Shown here: piece by piece, positions 49,677 through 58,755 of the stretch
Layout: every line of letters begins with the position of its first letter
How positions within the stretch are numbered: position 1 is the first letter of the stretch
Assembly: GCA_945898275.1 (NCBI GenBank)
Contig: CAMDHZ010000002.1
Location: 5,007-69,006 of the forward strand
Origin: Chitinophaga pinensis
Lineage (GTDB): Bacteria > Bacteroidota > Bacteroidia > UKL13-3
Reading direction: 5' to 3'
DNA: 64,000 bases
Made by a program: the position numbers and the translations under genes
Notes under the pieces: model-generated
What the model saw: only the letters and a program-made list of their open reading frames with translations
Databases searched by the model: none
What the model was told of the DNA's origin: nothing

Positions 49677-50309
49677 TTATATAGTGAAAGGTTTAACTAA
49701 ATTAAAAAGAAAAATGAACATCGTAAAAAATCCTAAAATAAAGCCCAAATACAATTGAACAACTGAATGTGCTTTGAGAGAATACCTAGCTGTTGCAACC
49801 AATCCGCTTGCAACAATAAAAAAAATCAATAGTCCTCTAATATCAATCATTGAAACAGGTGCTGATGAAGCTATCAATCCACAAAGTGCACCCAAAGTTG
49901 CCATGTGAATGCTAATTTTTGAATAAAAATTAATTAATAGAACAGAAAAAACTATTAAACCACATGCAACTAAGTACATTAGCAAAATACTGCTAGTTAG
50001 CAAACTTGTCCTAAAATTATAATAGGTAAAGAGGTAAAATATTATGGTAACAATATAAGGCAATACTCTATCCTCTTTATTTTCTAAAGTAATGTTCTGA
50101 ACTGATCCAAGCAACTTCATAAGAACTACACTCAAAGAAGGAATAATACTAGTTAACAAAAAAATATATCCGATATAGTAAAATTTAATCTTGTTTGGAA
50201 TTCCATAATACAAACTTGGTTGTAAATAGAACAACAATATTAAACATAACAAGTTGATGAAAATTGGGTGTGCAACAACAGAAAGAAAATTGGCAAATCG
50301 CGAGTTCAT
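49677..50309 (-). CDS. Membrane protein of unknown function (6 TM; weak PAP2-like pattern)
   Basis: 210 aa, hydrophobic. SIHMATLG / ARYSLKAHS is loosely reminiscent of PAP2 C2/C3 motifs but incomplete. Confidence 0.35.
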   Translation of the reverse strand: MNSRFANFLSVVAHPIFINLLCLILLFYLQPSLYYGIPNKIKFYYIGYIFLLTSIIPSLSVVLMKLLGSVQNITLENKEDRVLPYIVTIIFYLFTYYNFRTSLLTSSILLMYLVACGLIVFSVLLINFYSKISIHMATLGALCGLIASSAPVSMIDIRGLLIFFIVASGLVATARYSLKAHSVVQLYLGFILGFFTMFIFLFNLVKPFTI

Positions 50310-50313
50310 ATTA

Positions 50314-50694
50314 TCAATTAACAGCTATTACGCTAATTTCAACATTAGCGTTGAGGGGCAATTTTACCACTTGTACTGTTTCTCTAGCTGGAAAATCTGA
50401 ACTAAAATATGAACCATAAACCTCATTAATTGCTGCAAAATTTGATAAGTCTGTGCAATAAATGGTAGTTTTAACAACATTCTTAAAATCCATACCAGCA
50501 GATTTTAAAATGAAAGCAAGATTCTCCATCACCTTATGGGTTTCAGATTTTATATCGCTTTGAATCATCTCGCCTGTTTTAGCATCCTTTGCTACCTGGC
50601 CACTTGTATATAAAACACGATTATATAAAACGCCATGGCTATAAGGGCCTATTGGGGCTGGGGCATCGGAAGATGTAATTATTTTCTTTTCCAT
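50314..50694 (-). CDS. ridA: RidA (YjgF/TdcF) family reactive-intermediate deaminase
   Basis: MEKKIITSSDAPAPIGPYSHG...TGEMIQ...RETVQVVKLPLNANVEISVIAV is canonical RidA at 127 aa. An upstream in-frame extension (ATG at 50808, MKHFQAFLLILLCGSLNL...) would add a signal-like peptide, but it would overlap the divergent neighbour. Confidence 0.8.
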   Translation of the reverse strand: MEKKIITSSDAPAPIGPYSHGVLYNRVLYTSGQVAKDAKTGEMIQSDIKSETHKVMENLAFILKSAGMDFKNVVKTTIYCTDLSNFAAINEVYGSYFSSDFPARETVQVVKLPLNANVEISVIAVN

Positions 50695-50738
50695 GAGGGT
50701 TGGGTTTTTATCTTTGTCTGAATGAATTTGCTGCGAAT

Positions 50739-51416
50739 ATGAAAATTTTGGCGAGAGGTTCAAAGAACCGCATAAAAGAATTAAAAGAAAAGCTTGAAAA
50801 TGTTTCATGTGAATTTTTTTCAATTGATGATAGTGATTTACTCAGTGCTAATTTACGTGATTACGATGTAATTTTTGATCTAAAATTCGATGAAAAACTT
50901 GACCAATTAAAGTATTATGCTAATCTCAAAGGAATTACAGTATTTGTTTGTGCTGTTAAGCAACAACTTTCTAAAGCCATCAACGATTATGGCAGGCCAA
51001 TAGAATGCAACTTAATTGGCCTAAATGCCTTACCCACTTTTATCAATAGAAGTTTTGCAGAACTTTCTATCGCAAATTCTGAGCATCAAATCTCGGTTCA
51101 AACAGCAATGGATAAGCTTGGCTGGCAATTTAAAATGGTAGAAGACAGAGTTGGAATGGTTACACCTCGTATAATTTTTATGATTATAAATGAGGCCTGT
51201 TATACTGTGCAGGAAGGAACTGCAAGTATATCAGACATTGATACAAGTATGAAACTTGGCACCAACTATCCATTTGGGCCATTTGAATGGGCCAATAAAA
51301 TAGGAATTAAACATGTTTACGAAACTTTAGAAGCTTTATACCAAGATACGCATGAGGAAAGATATAAAATATGTCCTTTGCTTAAAACCAAATACTTAAA
51401 AGGAGAAACGTTTTAA
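50739..51416 (+). CDS. 3-hydroxyacyl-CoA dehydrogenase family protein (C-terminal dimerisation domain-type; no canonical GxGxxG seen)
   Basis: GMVTPRIIFMIINEACYTVQEGTASISDIDTSMKLGTNYPFGPFEWANKIGI matches the 3HCDH C-terminal domain. The N-terminal roughly 110 aa lack an obvious Rossmann motif. First ATG at 50739; the ORF opens with TTG at 50700. Confidence 0.55.
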   Translation: MKILARGSKNRIKELKEKLENVSCEFFSIDDSDLLSANLRDYDVIFDLKFDEKLDQLKYYANLKGITVFVCAVKQQLSKAINDYGRPIECNLIGLNALPTFINRSFAELSIANSEHQISVQTAMDKLGWQFKMVEDRVGMVTPRIIFMIINEACYTVQEGTASISDIDTSMKLGTNYPFGPFEWANKIGIKHVYETLEALYQDTHEERYKICPLLKTKYLKGETF

Positions 51417-52042
51417 TCCGCTTTAAAATTTCCCCAAAAAGTTAAAATTGCTACTTCTTCCCAAGTTTTGGCGCCAGTTTTCTTAAAAAGCCTATTGGCA
51501 CCATTGCTCTTCTTTCCTGATACTTCCATATAGTTTATACTTACCAAGGCCCATTTTTTGTCTGAAGAAAATAGAGGGAGCGATACATAATAATAATCCA
51601 TAATGCCATAACCTTGGGCTAAGCAATCCCACATTGCATCTTTATTAATTTTTCTGCATGATCTAAGTCTATCTTGGTCAATCCACTTAACAGTAGACGC
51701 TTGTATAAGACTTGGATTAAATCTTTTGTAGCTCAAGCCATCTATGGTGTCCTGAATACCATCGAAAAGTGAGGCTTTTAAACCGCTCTTTTTTAGGTAA
51801 GAAAATAGTTCTTTAACATCCCTTTTATAGAACAATTTTGCCCTGAATTGATCATTTAAATTTATAACTTGCTTGCTTTCAATTAGCCACCAATCAAAGA
51901 ATTGATGATCCTCTAAAGAAGCATTAGGAGTTTTACTTTTGGCCTGTTGATTAATTGCTGTATTTATTTTCTTCTTTGGTAGTTGATCACAAGCAGCAAA
52001 TTGAAAAGCAAAATAGAGTAAGGTAATAAGGTAATATTTCAT
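51413..52042 (-). CDS. Hypothetical lipoprotein/secreted protein
   Basis: 209 aa. MKYYLITLLYFAFQFAAC is a lipobox-like signal. No known motif. Confidence 0.4.
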   Translation of the reverse strand: MKYYLITLLYFAFQFAACDQLPKKKINTAINQQAKSKTPNASLEDHQFFDWWLIESKQVINLNDQFRAKLFYKRDVKELFSYLKKSGLKASLFDGIQDTIDGLSYKRFNPSLIQASTVKWIDQDRLRSCRKINKDAMWDCLAQGYGIMDYYYVSLPLFSSDKKWALVSINYMEVSGKKSNGANRLFKKTGAKTWEEVAILTFWGNFKAD

Positions 52043-52120
52043 ATGCTAAAAAATATTCATAAAAAAGGCAACACTTTCATGTTGCCTTTTTGTAATTATC
52101 GGTTTGAACCTAATAGTTAA

Positions 52121-53374
52121 CTATTTGATTTTAAAAGCTTTTTTCACTTTCTCAACCATGTCCAACTTCTCCCAAGTGAATAATTCAACTTTAAACTTAA
52201 CCATCTTTCCCTCAGGTCCTTTGAAGCTAACTTCTTTGATTTCGTTTTTACGACCCATGTGACCGTAGGCTGCAGTTTCGCTATAGATAGGATTGCGTAA
52301 CTTTAAACGAGTTTCGATACCATAAGGAGTCATATCAAAAAGTTTTTCAACAACTTTAGCAATTTCTCCATCAGTCATTTTAACTTTAGCAGTACCATAG
52401 GTATTAACATAAATTCCCATTGGGTCTTTTACACCAATTGCGTATGAAACCTGTACCAAAACTTCATTGCATAAACCTGCAGCAACTAAATTTTTTGCAA
52501 TATGCCTAGTGGCATAAGCCGCAGAACGGTCTACTTTTGAAGGGTCTTTACCCGAGAATGCGCCTCCGCCATGTGCACCTTTTCCGCCGTATGTATCTAC
52601 AATAATTTTACGTCCAGTTAAGCCTGTATCACCATGAGGGCCACCAATAACAAACTTACCAGTTGGGTTAATATGGTAATTTATCTTATCATTAAATAAA
52701 TGCGCAAATTTCTTGTACTTAGCTTTAACACGTGGAATTAAAATTTTAATGATATCAGCCTTAATTTTTGCCAACATTTTTGCTTCCGTATCAAAATCAT
52801 CATGTTGCGTAGAAACTACTATTGAATCAATTCTAACAGGTTGGTTGTTGTCATCGTATTCTAAAGTAACCTGAGATTTAGCATCTGGTCTCAAATACTT
52901 AATAGCTTTGTTTTCTCTTCTAAGTGCAGCTAATTCGATTAAGATTTTGTGCGCTAAATCTAAAGGTAATGGCATGAAATCTTCTGTTTCGTTTGTTGCA
53001 TAACCAAACATCATTCCTTGGTCACCGGCACCTTGATCTTGCTTCTTTTTACGATCAACACCTTGGTTGATATCTGCACTTTGCTCATGAATTGCAGATA
53101 AGATTCCACATGAGTTTGCTTCAAACATATATTCGCTTTTAGTGTATCCAATTTTACGGATAACACCACGAGCTATTTCTTGAACATCAAGATAAGCGCG
53201 AGATTTTACTTCTCCAGCCAATACAACTTGGCCAGTTGTTACTAAAGTTTCACAAGCAACTTTCGAATCTGGGTCGAAGGCTAAAAAGTTGTCAATTAAA
53301 GCATCCGAAATCTGATCGGCAACTTTGTCTGGGTGTCCTTCACTTACAGACTCCGAGGTAAATAAATAAGCCAT
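52121..53374 (-). CDS. metK: S-adenosylmethionine synthetase
   Basis: 417 aa. [30 protein letters not shown] and other MAT signature motifs. Confidence 0.95.
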   Translation of the reverse strand: MAYLFTSESVSEGHPDKVADQISDALIDNFLAFDPDSKVACETLVTTGQVVLAGEVKSRAYLDVQEIARGVIRKIGYTKSEYMFEANSCGILSAIHEQSADINQGVDRKKKQDQGAGDQGMMFGYATNETEDFMPLPLDLAHKILIELAALRRENKAIKYLRPDAKSQVTLEYDDNNQPVRIDSIVVSTQHDDFDTEAKMLAKIKADIIKILIPRVKAKYKKFAHLFNDKINYHINPTGKFVIGGPHGDTGLTGRKIIVDTYGGKGAHGGGAFSGKDPSKVDRSAAYATRHIAKNLVAAGLCNEVLVQVSYAIGVKDPMGIYVNTYGTAKVKMTDGEIAKVVEKLFDMTPYGIETRLKLRNPIYSETAAYGHMGRKNEIKEVSFKGPEGKMVKFKVELFTWEKLDMVEKVKKAFKIK

Positions 53375-53539
53375 ATTATTTTATAAAATTTAAAATTGGT
53401 TTATAGTTTAGCATTAAAAAAGAAGCAAACCGTCCTGTAGTTTAATTGAACATAAATTGACAAGAAAGTCCGCATCGCTTTACCACCGTAGTGTTCTTCC
53501 CGGTTGGCATTCCACTTACGCGGAATTCTTAATGCATTG

Positions 53540-53568
53540 CAAAAGTATACCTTATAAGGAAAAAACAA
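53540..53568 (-). promoter_or_regulatory. Candidate Bacteroidota sigma-A promoter for metK (-7 TACTTTTG, -33 TTG)
   Basis: On the minus strand, TACTTTTG (revcomp of 53540-53547) matches TAnnTTTG. A TTG (revcomp of 53566-53568) lies 18 nt upstream. This predicts a leader of about 165 nt before the metK ATG. Confidence 0.35.
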
Positions 53569-53652
53569 AGTTTTTAAACAAAATTGATTAGGACACCAAA
53601 AAAACTGTAAAAAAAAGTGCCCACATTTCAATCTTATATACGAAAATTGATT

Positions 53653-54324
53653 TTAAGAGGTTTTATTAAACGTTTTACTTTTACCATAATAAGTTCCTTT
53701 TCTAATATTCATAGAAATTGAGAAGTAAAACATTTGGGAACTATTAACATTCTCGTATACTTTTTGACCATTTTTAGTGTAGTTCGAGTTATACAAGTCT
53801 TCGAGGTAATACTTAAATTTTAGGTTCAAACCACTTTTAAAATTTACACCCACAAAAACGCTTGGCAAAAACAAGTTATTCCTACTGCTAAACCATTCTG
53901 ATTCTTTGGTTTTTTTATCATTTACAAAGGTTTTTTCTTTAAAATGAAATGCAAATTCGGCTTCTCCACCAGCATATAAATACTTATCGTTTCCTAAATC
54001 TCCAATTTTAATTGCTAATGGAACACCAATGGTATAAACTCTTCTTTTTACAAGTGTATCAGAAATCTTAGAAGAGAATCCCACATTTCTCATAGCTGCG
54101 CCAGAATACAAACCAATATTTTTAGTGAGGTCTAAGTGCTTATATTTACCAAAATGTAAAACGCAGGAAAAACGAGGCGGTGTGTTAATTTTCTCACCTT
54201 TCAGTTGATAATCTGCGAAAGAAAAAATTAGCTCCCAATCGGTTGTACTATAGGATTTCTTTTGTGCAAAGGAATTCTGATTGCCGGCAATTAAAATTAT
54301 TACCAAAATTAGTAGTTTTCTCAT
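53653..54324 (-). CDS. Small outer-membrane beta-barrel protein (OmpA-like/porin-family barrel)
   Basis: 223 aa. Signal peptide MRKLLILVIILIAGNQNSFAQ. Alternating beta-strand pattern ending in a C-terminal aromatic residue. Confidence 0.5.
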   Translation of the reverse strand: MRKLLILVIILIAGNQNSFAQKKSYSTTDWELIFSFADYQLKGEKINTPPRFSCVLHFGKYKHLDLTKNIGLYSGAAMRNVGFSSKISDTLVKRRVYTIGVPLAIKIGDLGNDKYLYAGGEAEFAFHFKEKTFVNDKKTKESEWFSSRNNLFLPSVFVGVNFKSGLNLKFKYYLEDLYNSNYTKNGQKVYENVNSSQMFYFSISMNIRKGTYYGKSKTFNKTS

Positions 54325-54337
54325 AGGTATTTGAAGT

Positions 54338-56797
54338 CTATTTTAACAAAGGTATAAGATTCTTAACTATTTCCTTGTCTTCTAAAGAAAGGGCAGATTC
54401 TTGCAAACTTTCTTTAAAATAAAGTCTCATTTTTTCGTCTTGGCATAAGAACCTACAAAGCTCTGCAGCTGGACCAGATAATCTGGAATTAAAAGACAAC
54501 ATAGGTTCAAATAAATCTAAAGGATAAGATTCTCCTCCAAGTTTAGCAATAATCTTGTTATGAATGGCCTTTAAAGCCTGAAAGGCATTTACACGCGTTC
54601 TAAACTCATACTTTGACGATGCATAATCAATGAGTTGCATTAAGTCAACTTCAATACTTTCAAATCCATATGTAATAGCTAGCTCTATGCGTTCTATTTC
54701 CAATGAATGGTTCATAGAACCCTCAGAATAGCCCTTATTTAATACTTTCCCACTAAATTCCTCTTCGGCTGCTATCCAAACCGTCATGGCGCTTTTAACC
54801 ACATCATAACTTGAATCATTCATTGCCTTAATAAACAAAGGTCGGGTTGCTTCTCTAAACCCGATTTCCTTTATAAGATGCACTCTAACTGCTGCGCTAG
54901 AACCATTATAAAGGTCAAACCAAATTTGATTTATTTCTGTTGAGGTGTCACTAGCAAGTTGAGAGATTGCCTCATTTAAAATTGCATAATGTTTTTCGTT
55001 TTTTATGGTTTGAACCAAAAGTTCCCTCTTCTGTTCCAAAGAAAACGATCTTAATCCAACCAAAGCATCGTATTTATCTAAATATCCAATTTTTGCTTGC
55101 GCTTGAGCCTTTAATTCTTCCAAACCTTTTTTAAAAATTACTTGCTTTAAAACATTCGAATTTGGGTCAAACAAAACAAAGGCTATTTGCTTTTTATTAG
55201 GATTAGGAATTTTTACTACCTCAAAGTCTCCTGAAATTTCATCAACCACTATAGACTTAGAACCATCTGAATAATGTACCTCTAACGCAATGGGCATTCT
55301 AAAGGCTTGAACAGTTTCTGAGTTCGGGTGAATTTGTTCTATAGCAATTTCTGTGGCTCTACTCCCATCCTGATAACTTAGGTCTTCGTAATGAATCCTA
55401 AAATATGGCTCGCCACCTCGGTAAATCCATTGGTCGAAAAACCAATCTAGGTTCAAACCTAATACGTCTTTTATGGCTTGTTGTAAATCGTTGGTTTCTA
55501 CATTGCTGTAAGCATGTTTTTGAAGATAGTATTTCAAAACTGTTTTCCATTGATCTTCTCCCAAATAATGAACCAACATGCTTAAGACGGCTGCCCCTTT
55601 TGGGTATACACGGGCGGTTCCTCCAGCCGAATGTCTTACTGCAAAATTATCTTTCTTTCCAGCCTCAACAGCAGACACTTGGTGTTGTCTTCTTTGCCAA
55701 TCCCATTCTTGCTCCCCATCTAAAATTCTGCTTAGTTGTTTTGGGTAAAAGGTAGCAAAGCTTTCTTGCAGCCAAGCATCACGGCCATCTCTTGCGGTAA
55801 CAAAATCACCAAACCATTGGTGCGTAAGCTCATGACAATTAACTCCAATATAATTTCTATCTAAAAACGCCCTCTTATCTACAAAGAAAAAATCGCCAAA
55901 AATGGTAGCCGTTGTGTTTTCCATAGCACCATACATAAAATCTTGCACCATCAATTGGCTATAGCTTTCCCAAGGATATGGAATTCCCGTTTGTTCCTCC
56001 ATAAAATCTACCATCATTGGACTGTGTCTAAACGTTGGTTCAACCCTTTCTTTAAATTCTGGGTAATACCAATATTGCAGTGGAACACCTGATTTGCTTT
56101 TAGCTGTTTGAACCTCGTACTTGCCAATGGCCAACATAAGCAAATAACCAGCATGTGGCTTAGACATAGCATAATGCCAAGTGAGGCTTCCGTCTTTGTT
56201 CTTTGTTTTAGATTTTAATAATCCATTAGAAAGTACTTTGTATTTGCTATCAAATTTGATAACGGTTTCTGTAATGAATTTATCATTCATATCATCATAC
56301 ATTGGAATCCAATAGCGATTATCAATTCCTTGCCCTTGGGTCCAGATTTGCCTTCTTACCCTAAATGGGTCATTTACAGAATCGTTTAATTCTGGCTGAT
56401 TCCAACCAATAAAATAAATTCCTTTTTTGGGTTTTGCAGTATATTCAAAAGTTATCTCAGCCGATTGATTCCAGGTTAAAGGAGTGGAAGGAATTACCCA
56501 TACACCAGATTTATTTGTTTTAAAATTGAGCTTTTTCCCGTTTAGAAGCGCTTGTTGAATGGTTATTCCTGGTGCATCAAAAAAAACAGAATCAACAGTT
56601 TTTCGTAGCACCAAAAAAGAGTGGCTTACTTTTCCATTCACTTGCTTAACCTCTGGAAGAAACGAAACTTCCACCTTCATCTTTGTAATATCTAAAACAT
56701 GCTCTCTAAATTGAACGGGGTCTTTATGGTATGATTGATAAGGACTTTGAGCCAATAAATTAAATGGCAATAAAATGGCAAGCACAAGTTTTTTCAT
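54338..56797 (-). CDS. M1 family zinc aminopeptidase (aminopeptidase N-like) with C-terminal HEAT/ARM-like region
   Basis: GAMENT exopeptidase motif and HELTHQWFG-x18-E zinc site. First ATG at 56797 gives the signal MKKLVLAILLPFNLLAQ. Confidence 0.85.
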   Translation of the reverse strand: MKKLVLAILLPFNLLAQSPYQSYHKDPVQFREHVLDITKMKVEVSFLPEVKQVNGKVSHSFLVLRKTVDSVFFDAPGITIQQALLNGKKLNFKTNKSGVWVIPSTPLTWNQSAEITFEYTAKPKKGIYFIGWNQPELNDSVNDPFRVRRQIWTQGQGIDNRYWIPMYDDMNDKFITETVIKFDSKYKVLSNGLLKSKTKNKDGSLTWHYAMSKPHAGYLLMLAIGKYEVQTAKSKSGVPLQYWYYPEFKERVEPTFRHSPMMVDFMEEQTGIPYPWESYSQLMVQDFMYGAMENTTATIFGDFFFVDKRAFLDRNYIGVNCHELTHQWFGDFVTARDGRDAWLQESFATFYPKQLSRILDGEQEWDWQRRQHQVSAVEAGKKDNFAVRHSAGGTARVYPKGAAVLSMLVHYLGEDQWKTVLKYYLQKHAYSNVETNDLQQAIKDVLGLNLDWFFDQWIYRGGEPYFRIHYEDLSYQDGSRATEIAIEQIHPNSETVQAFRMPIALEVHYSDGSKSIVVDEISGDFEVVKIPNPNKKQIAFVLFDPNSNVLKQVIFKKGLEELKAQAQAKIGYLDKYDALVGLRSFSLEQKRELLVQTIKNEKHYAILNEAISQLASDTSTEINQIWFDLYNGSSAAVRVHLIKEIGFREATRPLFIKAMNDSSYDVVKSAMTVWIAAEEEFSGKVLNKGYSEGSMNHSLEIERIELAITYGFESIEVDLMQLIDYASSKYEFRTRVNAFQALKAIHNKIIAKLGGESYPLDLFEPMLSFNSRLSGPAAELCRFLCQDEKMRLYFKESLQESALSLEDKEIVKNLIPLLK

Positions 56798-56840
56798 CTG
56801 CAAAATTGCGTTAATGCAAACGAAGATATGAAACTAGCGA

Positions 56841-57347
56841 TTATAAATGAATCTTCTCAACAATCATTCTAAACCAGACAGTATAATCATCTGGATTCTT
56901 CTTGATATCATCTAAAAGCCATGGGATACTTACCCATTTAACAGCAGCAACTTCATCTAGATTGAAATGAATAGCATCATTATAATCTCCAAAAAACACA
57001 TGATCAAATTCATGCTCAGTGAGGCCGTTATCAAAAGGGGCTTTATAAATAAAAGAATGTTTAAGCTCTAATTGGCAATCGAAGCCAAGTTCTTCCATTA
57101 ATCGTCTGTGAGCTGCCTCAAGGGTGGATTCGCCAGCACGGGGATGAGAGCAACAAGCGTTTGTCCATAGCCCAGCAGAGTGATATTTTGTTAAGGCACG
57201 CTGTTGCAGCAGCGTTTCGCCATTCTGATTAAAAACAAGTACAGAGAATGCTCTGTGAAGTAAGGCCTTTTCATGAGCCTCTTGCTTTTCCATTAGGCCA
57301 ATTTCATTGTCTTGTTCGTCTACAAGAATCACCATTTCTTTTGTCAT
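56841..57347 (-). CDS. idi: Isopentenyl-diphosphate delta-isomerase, type 1 (Nudix)
   Basis: 168 aa. WTNACCSHPRAGE (the catalytic Cys of type-1 IDI) and the Nudix box region. Confidence 0.85.
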   Translation of the reverse strand: MTKEMVILVDEQDNEIGLMEKQEAHEKALLHRAFSVLVFNQNGETLLQQRALTKYHSAGLWTNACCSHPRAGESTLEAAHRRLMEELGFDCQLELKHSFIYKAPFDNGLTEHEFDHVFFGDYNDAIHFNLDEVAAVKWVSIPWLLDDIKKNPDDYTVWFRMIVEKIHL

Positions 57348-57823
57348 TTAAGTAAACTCCTTTCTGCATCGGATAATTTTCCAGAAACAACTAAAAAGCT
57401 AATAATTTTAACCTTTAAATCATGGTCGGACAAACCTGAAGTGCCGTTAATTAATGCAGCTCTATCTTCAATAATATTTTTGTTATATCCCAGAAAAGAA
57501 GGTGAATTGAGTTGAATACTATACCTAAGGTACCTAAGTTCCAAATTGCTTGGCTCTAATCCAATTGCCTTATCTAGTTTCTGTCTGCCTTCGGAGAAGT
57601 AAGCATACTTTTGGTTAGGCATTATTGCATACTTGGCAAGTAACATTTTATTGGCGCCTAAATATCCTATAATTAAAGCATCATCTGCCTTAAAGGTTTT
57701 TAAATAGTCGTCTAATTTTATGGCAGAAGTTTCACTATCAATAGCACTATTATAAAGTGTTCTAATAGTTCTTAAGGTTTCAGTACTCAAGTTAAAAATA
57801 GTAAGGATAAGAAGTAATTTCAT
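57344..57823 (-). CDS. Hypothetical protein embedded in carotenoid operon
   Basis: 159 aa, no recognisable motif. Weak N-terminal hydrophobic segment. ATGA overlap with idi. Confidence 0.4.
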   Translation of the reverse strand: MKLLLILTIFNLSTETLRTIRTLYNSAIDSETSAIKLDDYLKTFKADDALIIGYLGANKMLLAKYAIMPNQKYAYFSEGRQKLDKAIGLEPSNLELRYLRYSIQLNSPSFLGYNKNIIEDRAALINGTSGLSDHDLKVKIISFLVVSGKLSDAERSLLK

Positions 57824-57831
57824 TTTGCATT

Positions 57832-58668
57832 TTAAAGCAAATTAAAACTATGACGAAGATATGAACCAAAAAACAAGGCATATTTTTGCTTATCGCTAAT
57901 TCTAATTCTTTCTTCCATAATTCTTGAAGCAGGAATTTCTCTTATTTTAACTAATAATCTTGAATAATAAATATAAGCAACATAAACCCCAAATCTTGCG
58001 TCTTTTGGTAGCTTCTTAATTCCTTCATAACCCATTTCAAAATCTGCTAAAATATCCTCTTCAATTTGTGCCTTTGTTTCTTCATTAAACTCTTGCGTTT
58101 TTAACTGAGGAAAATACAATCTCCCTAATCCATCCTTATCTGCTTTGAAATCGCGTAAGAAATTAATTTTTTGAAAAGCTGAACCAAGTTTCATTGCGTA
58201 AGGTTTTAACTCTTCATATAACTCATTGTTGCCTTCAGTAAAAACTCTTAAACACATCAATCCAACTACTTCAGCAGAACCAAAAATATACTCCTCATAA
58301 CCTTGCTGATCATAATCATGGTTATATAAATCCATTTCCATGCTTTTTAAAAAAGTATCAATACTAGATTGATCTATTTGAAATGACCTTACTACCTCTT
58401 GAAAACTATGTAAAATGGGATTAGTACTTATGCCTCTTTCAATAGCTTTATTGGTTTCCTCTTTTAGTTCAAGCAACATTTGACGTTTAGGAAACCCATG
58501 GAAAGTGTCTACAATTTCATCAGCTAATCTTACAAAACCATAAATGGCATAAACTGGATTCCTAAACCTAGTCGCCAAAAAACTTATACCCATAGAAAAT
58601 GAGGTACTATAACTCTTAGTTACTAGCTTGCTGCTGCCAATTGATACTTTATCGTATAATTCTTTCAT
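57832..58668 (-). CDS. crtB: Phytoene synthase (squalene/phytoene synthase family)
   Basis: 278 aa. YAIYGFVRLADEIVD (first Asp-rich substrate-binding motif) and a later ...GSAFQKINFLRD region. Confidence 0.8.
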   Translation of the reverse strand: MKELYDKVSIGSSKLVTKSYSTSFSMGISFLATRFRNPVYAIYGFVRLADEIVDTFHGFPKRQMLLELKEETNKAIERGISTNPILHSFQEVVRSFQIDQSSIDTFLKSMEMDLYNHDYDQQGYEEYIFGSAEVVGLMCLRVFTEGNNELYEELKPYAMKLGSAFQKINFLRDFKADKDGLGRLYFPQLKTQEFNEETKAQIEEDILADFEMGYEGIKKLPKDARFGVYVAYIYYSRLLVKIREIPASRIMEERIRISDKQKYALFFGSYLRHSFNLL

Positions 58669-58755
58669 GTACTATTTAGTTGAGGTTTTTATGGAAAATA
58701 GTCTAATAATAATTCTTAACAGGTCATAATTGTTTTTAAAGTAGAATAAAATTAA

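Noticed and set aside
53401-53631. 76-aa ORF on the minus strand (MKCGHFFLQFFWCPNQFC...)
   Set aside because: It lies entirely within the predicted metK leader and its promoter, has odd composition, and has no independent start context. It is most likely non-coding.
53375-53652. Attempt to match the SAM-I riboswitch core (GGCAACC / GGUGC.AA.UCC / GAAAGAUGAG with a UUAUCAAGAG P1) in the metK leader
   Set aside because: Only loose resemblances were found (GCCAACC, GGUGGUAAAG). No convincing P1 or kink-turn was seen, so the SAM-I assignment is not supported by eye and is left as an unspecified riboswitch candidate.
56819-57863. Shared 13-mer ACGAAGATATGAA at 56819-56831 (intergenic) and 57851-57863 (inside the crtB 3' end)
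   Set aside because: Dozens of repeated 13-mers are expected by chance in 64 kb of AT-rich DNA. One copy is coding (…LRHS…), and there is no flanking similarity.
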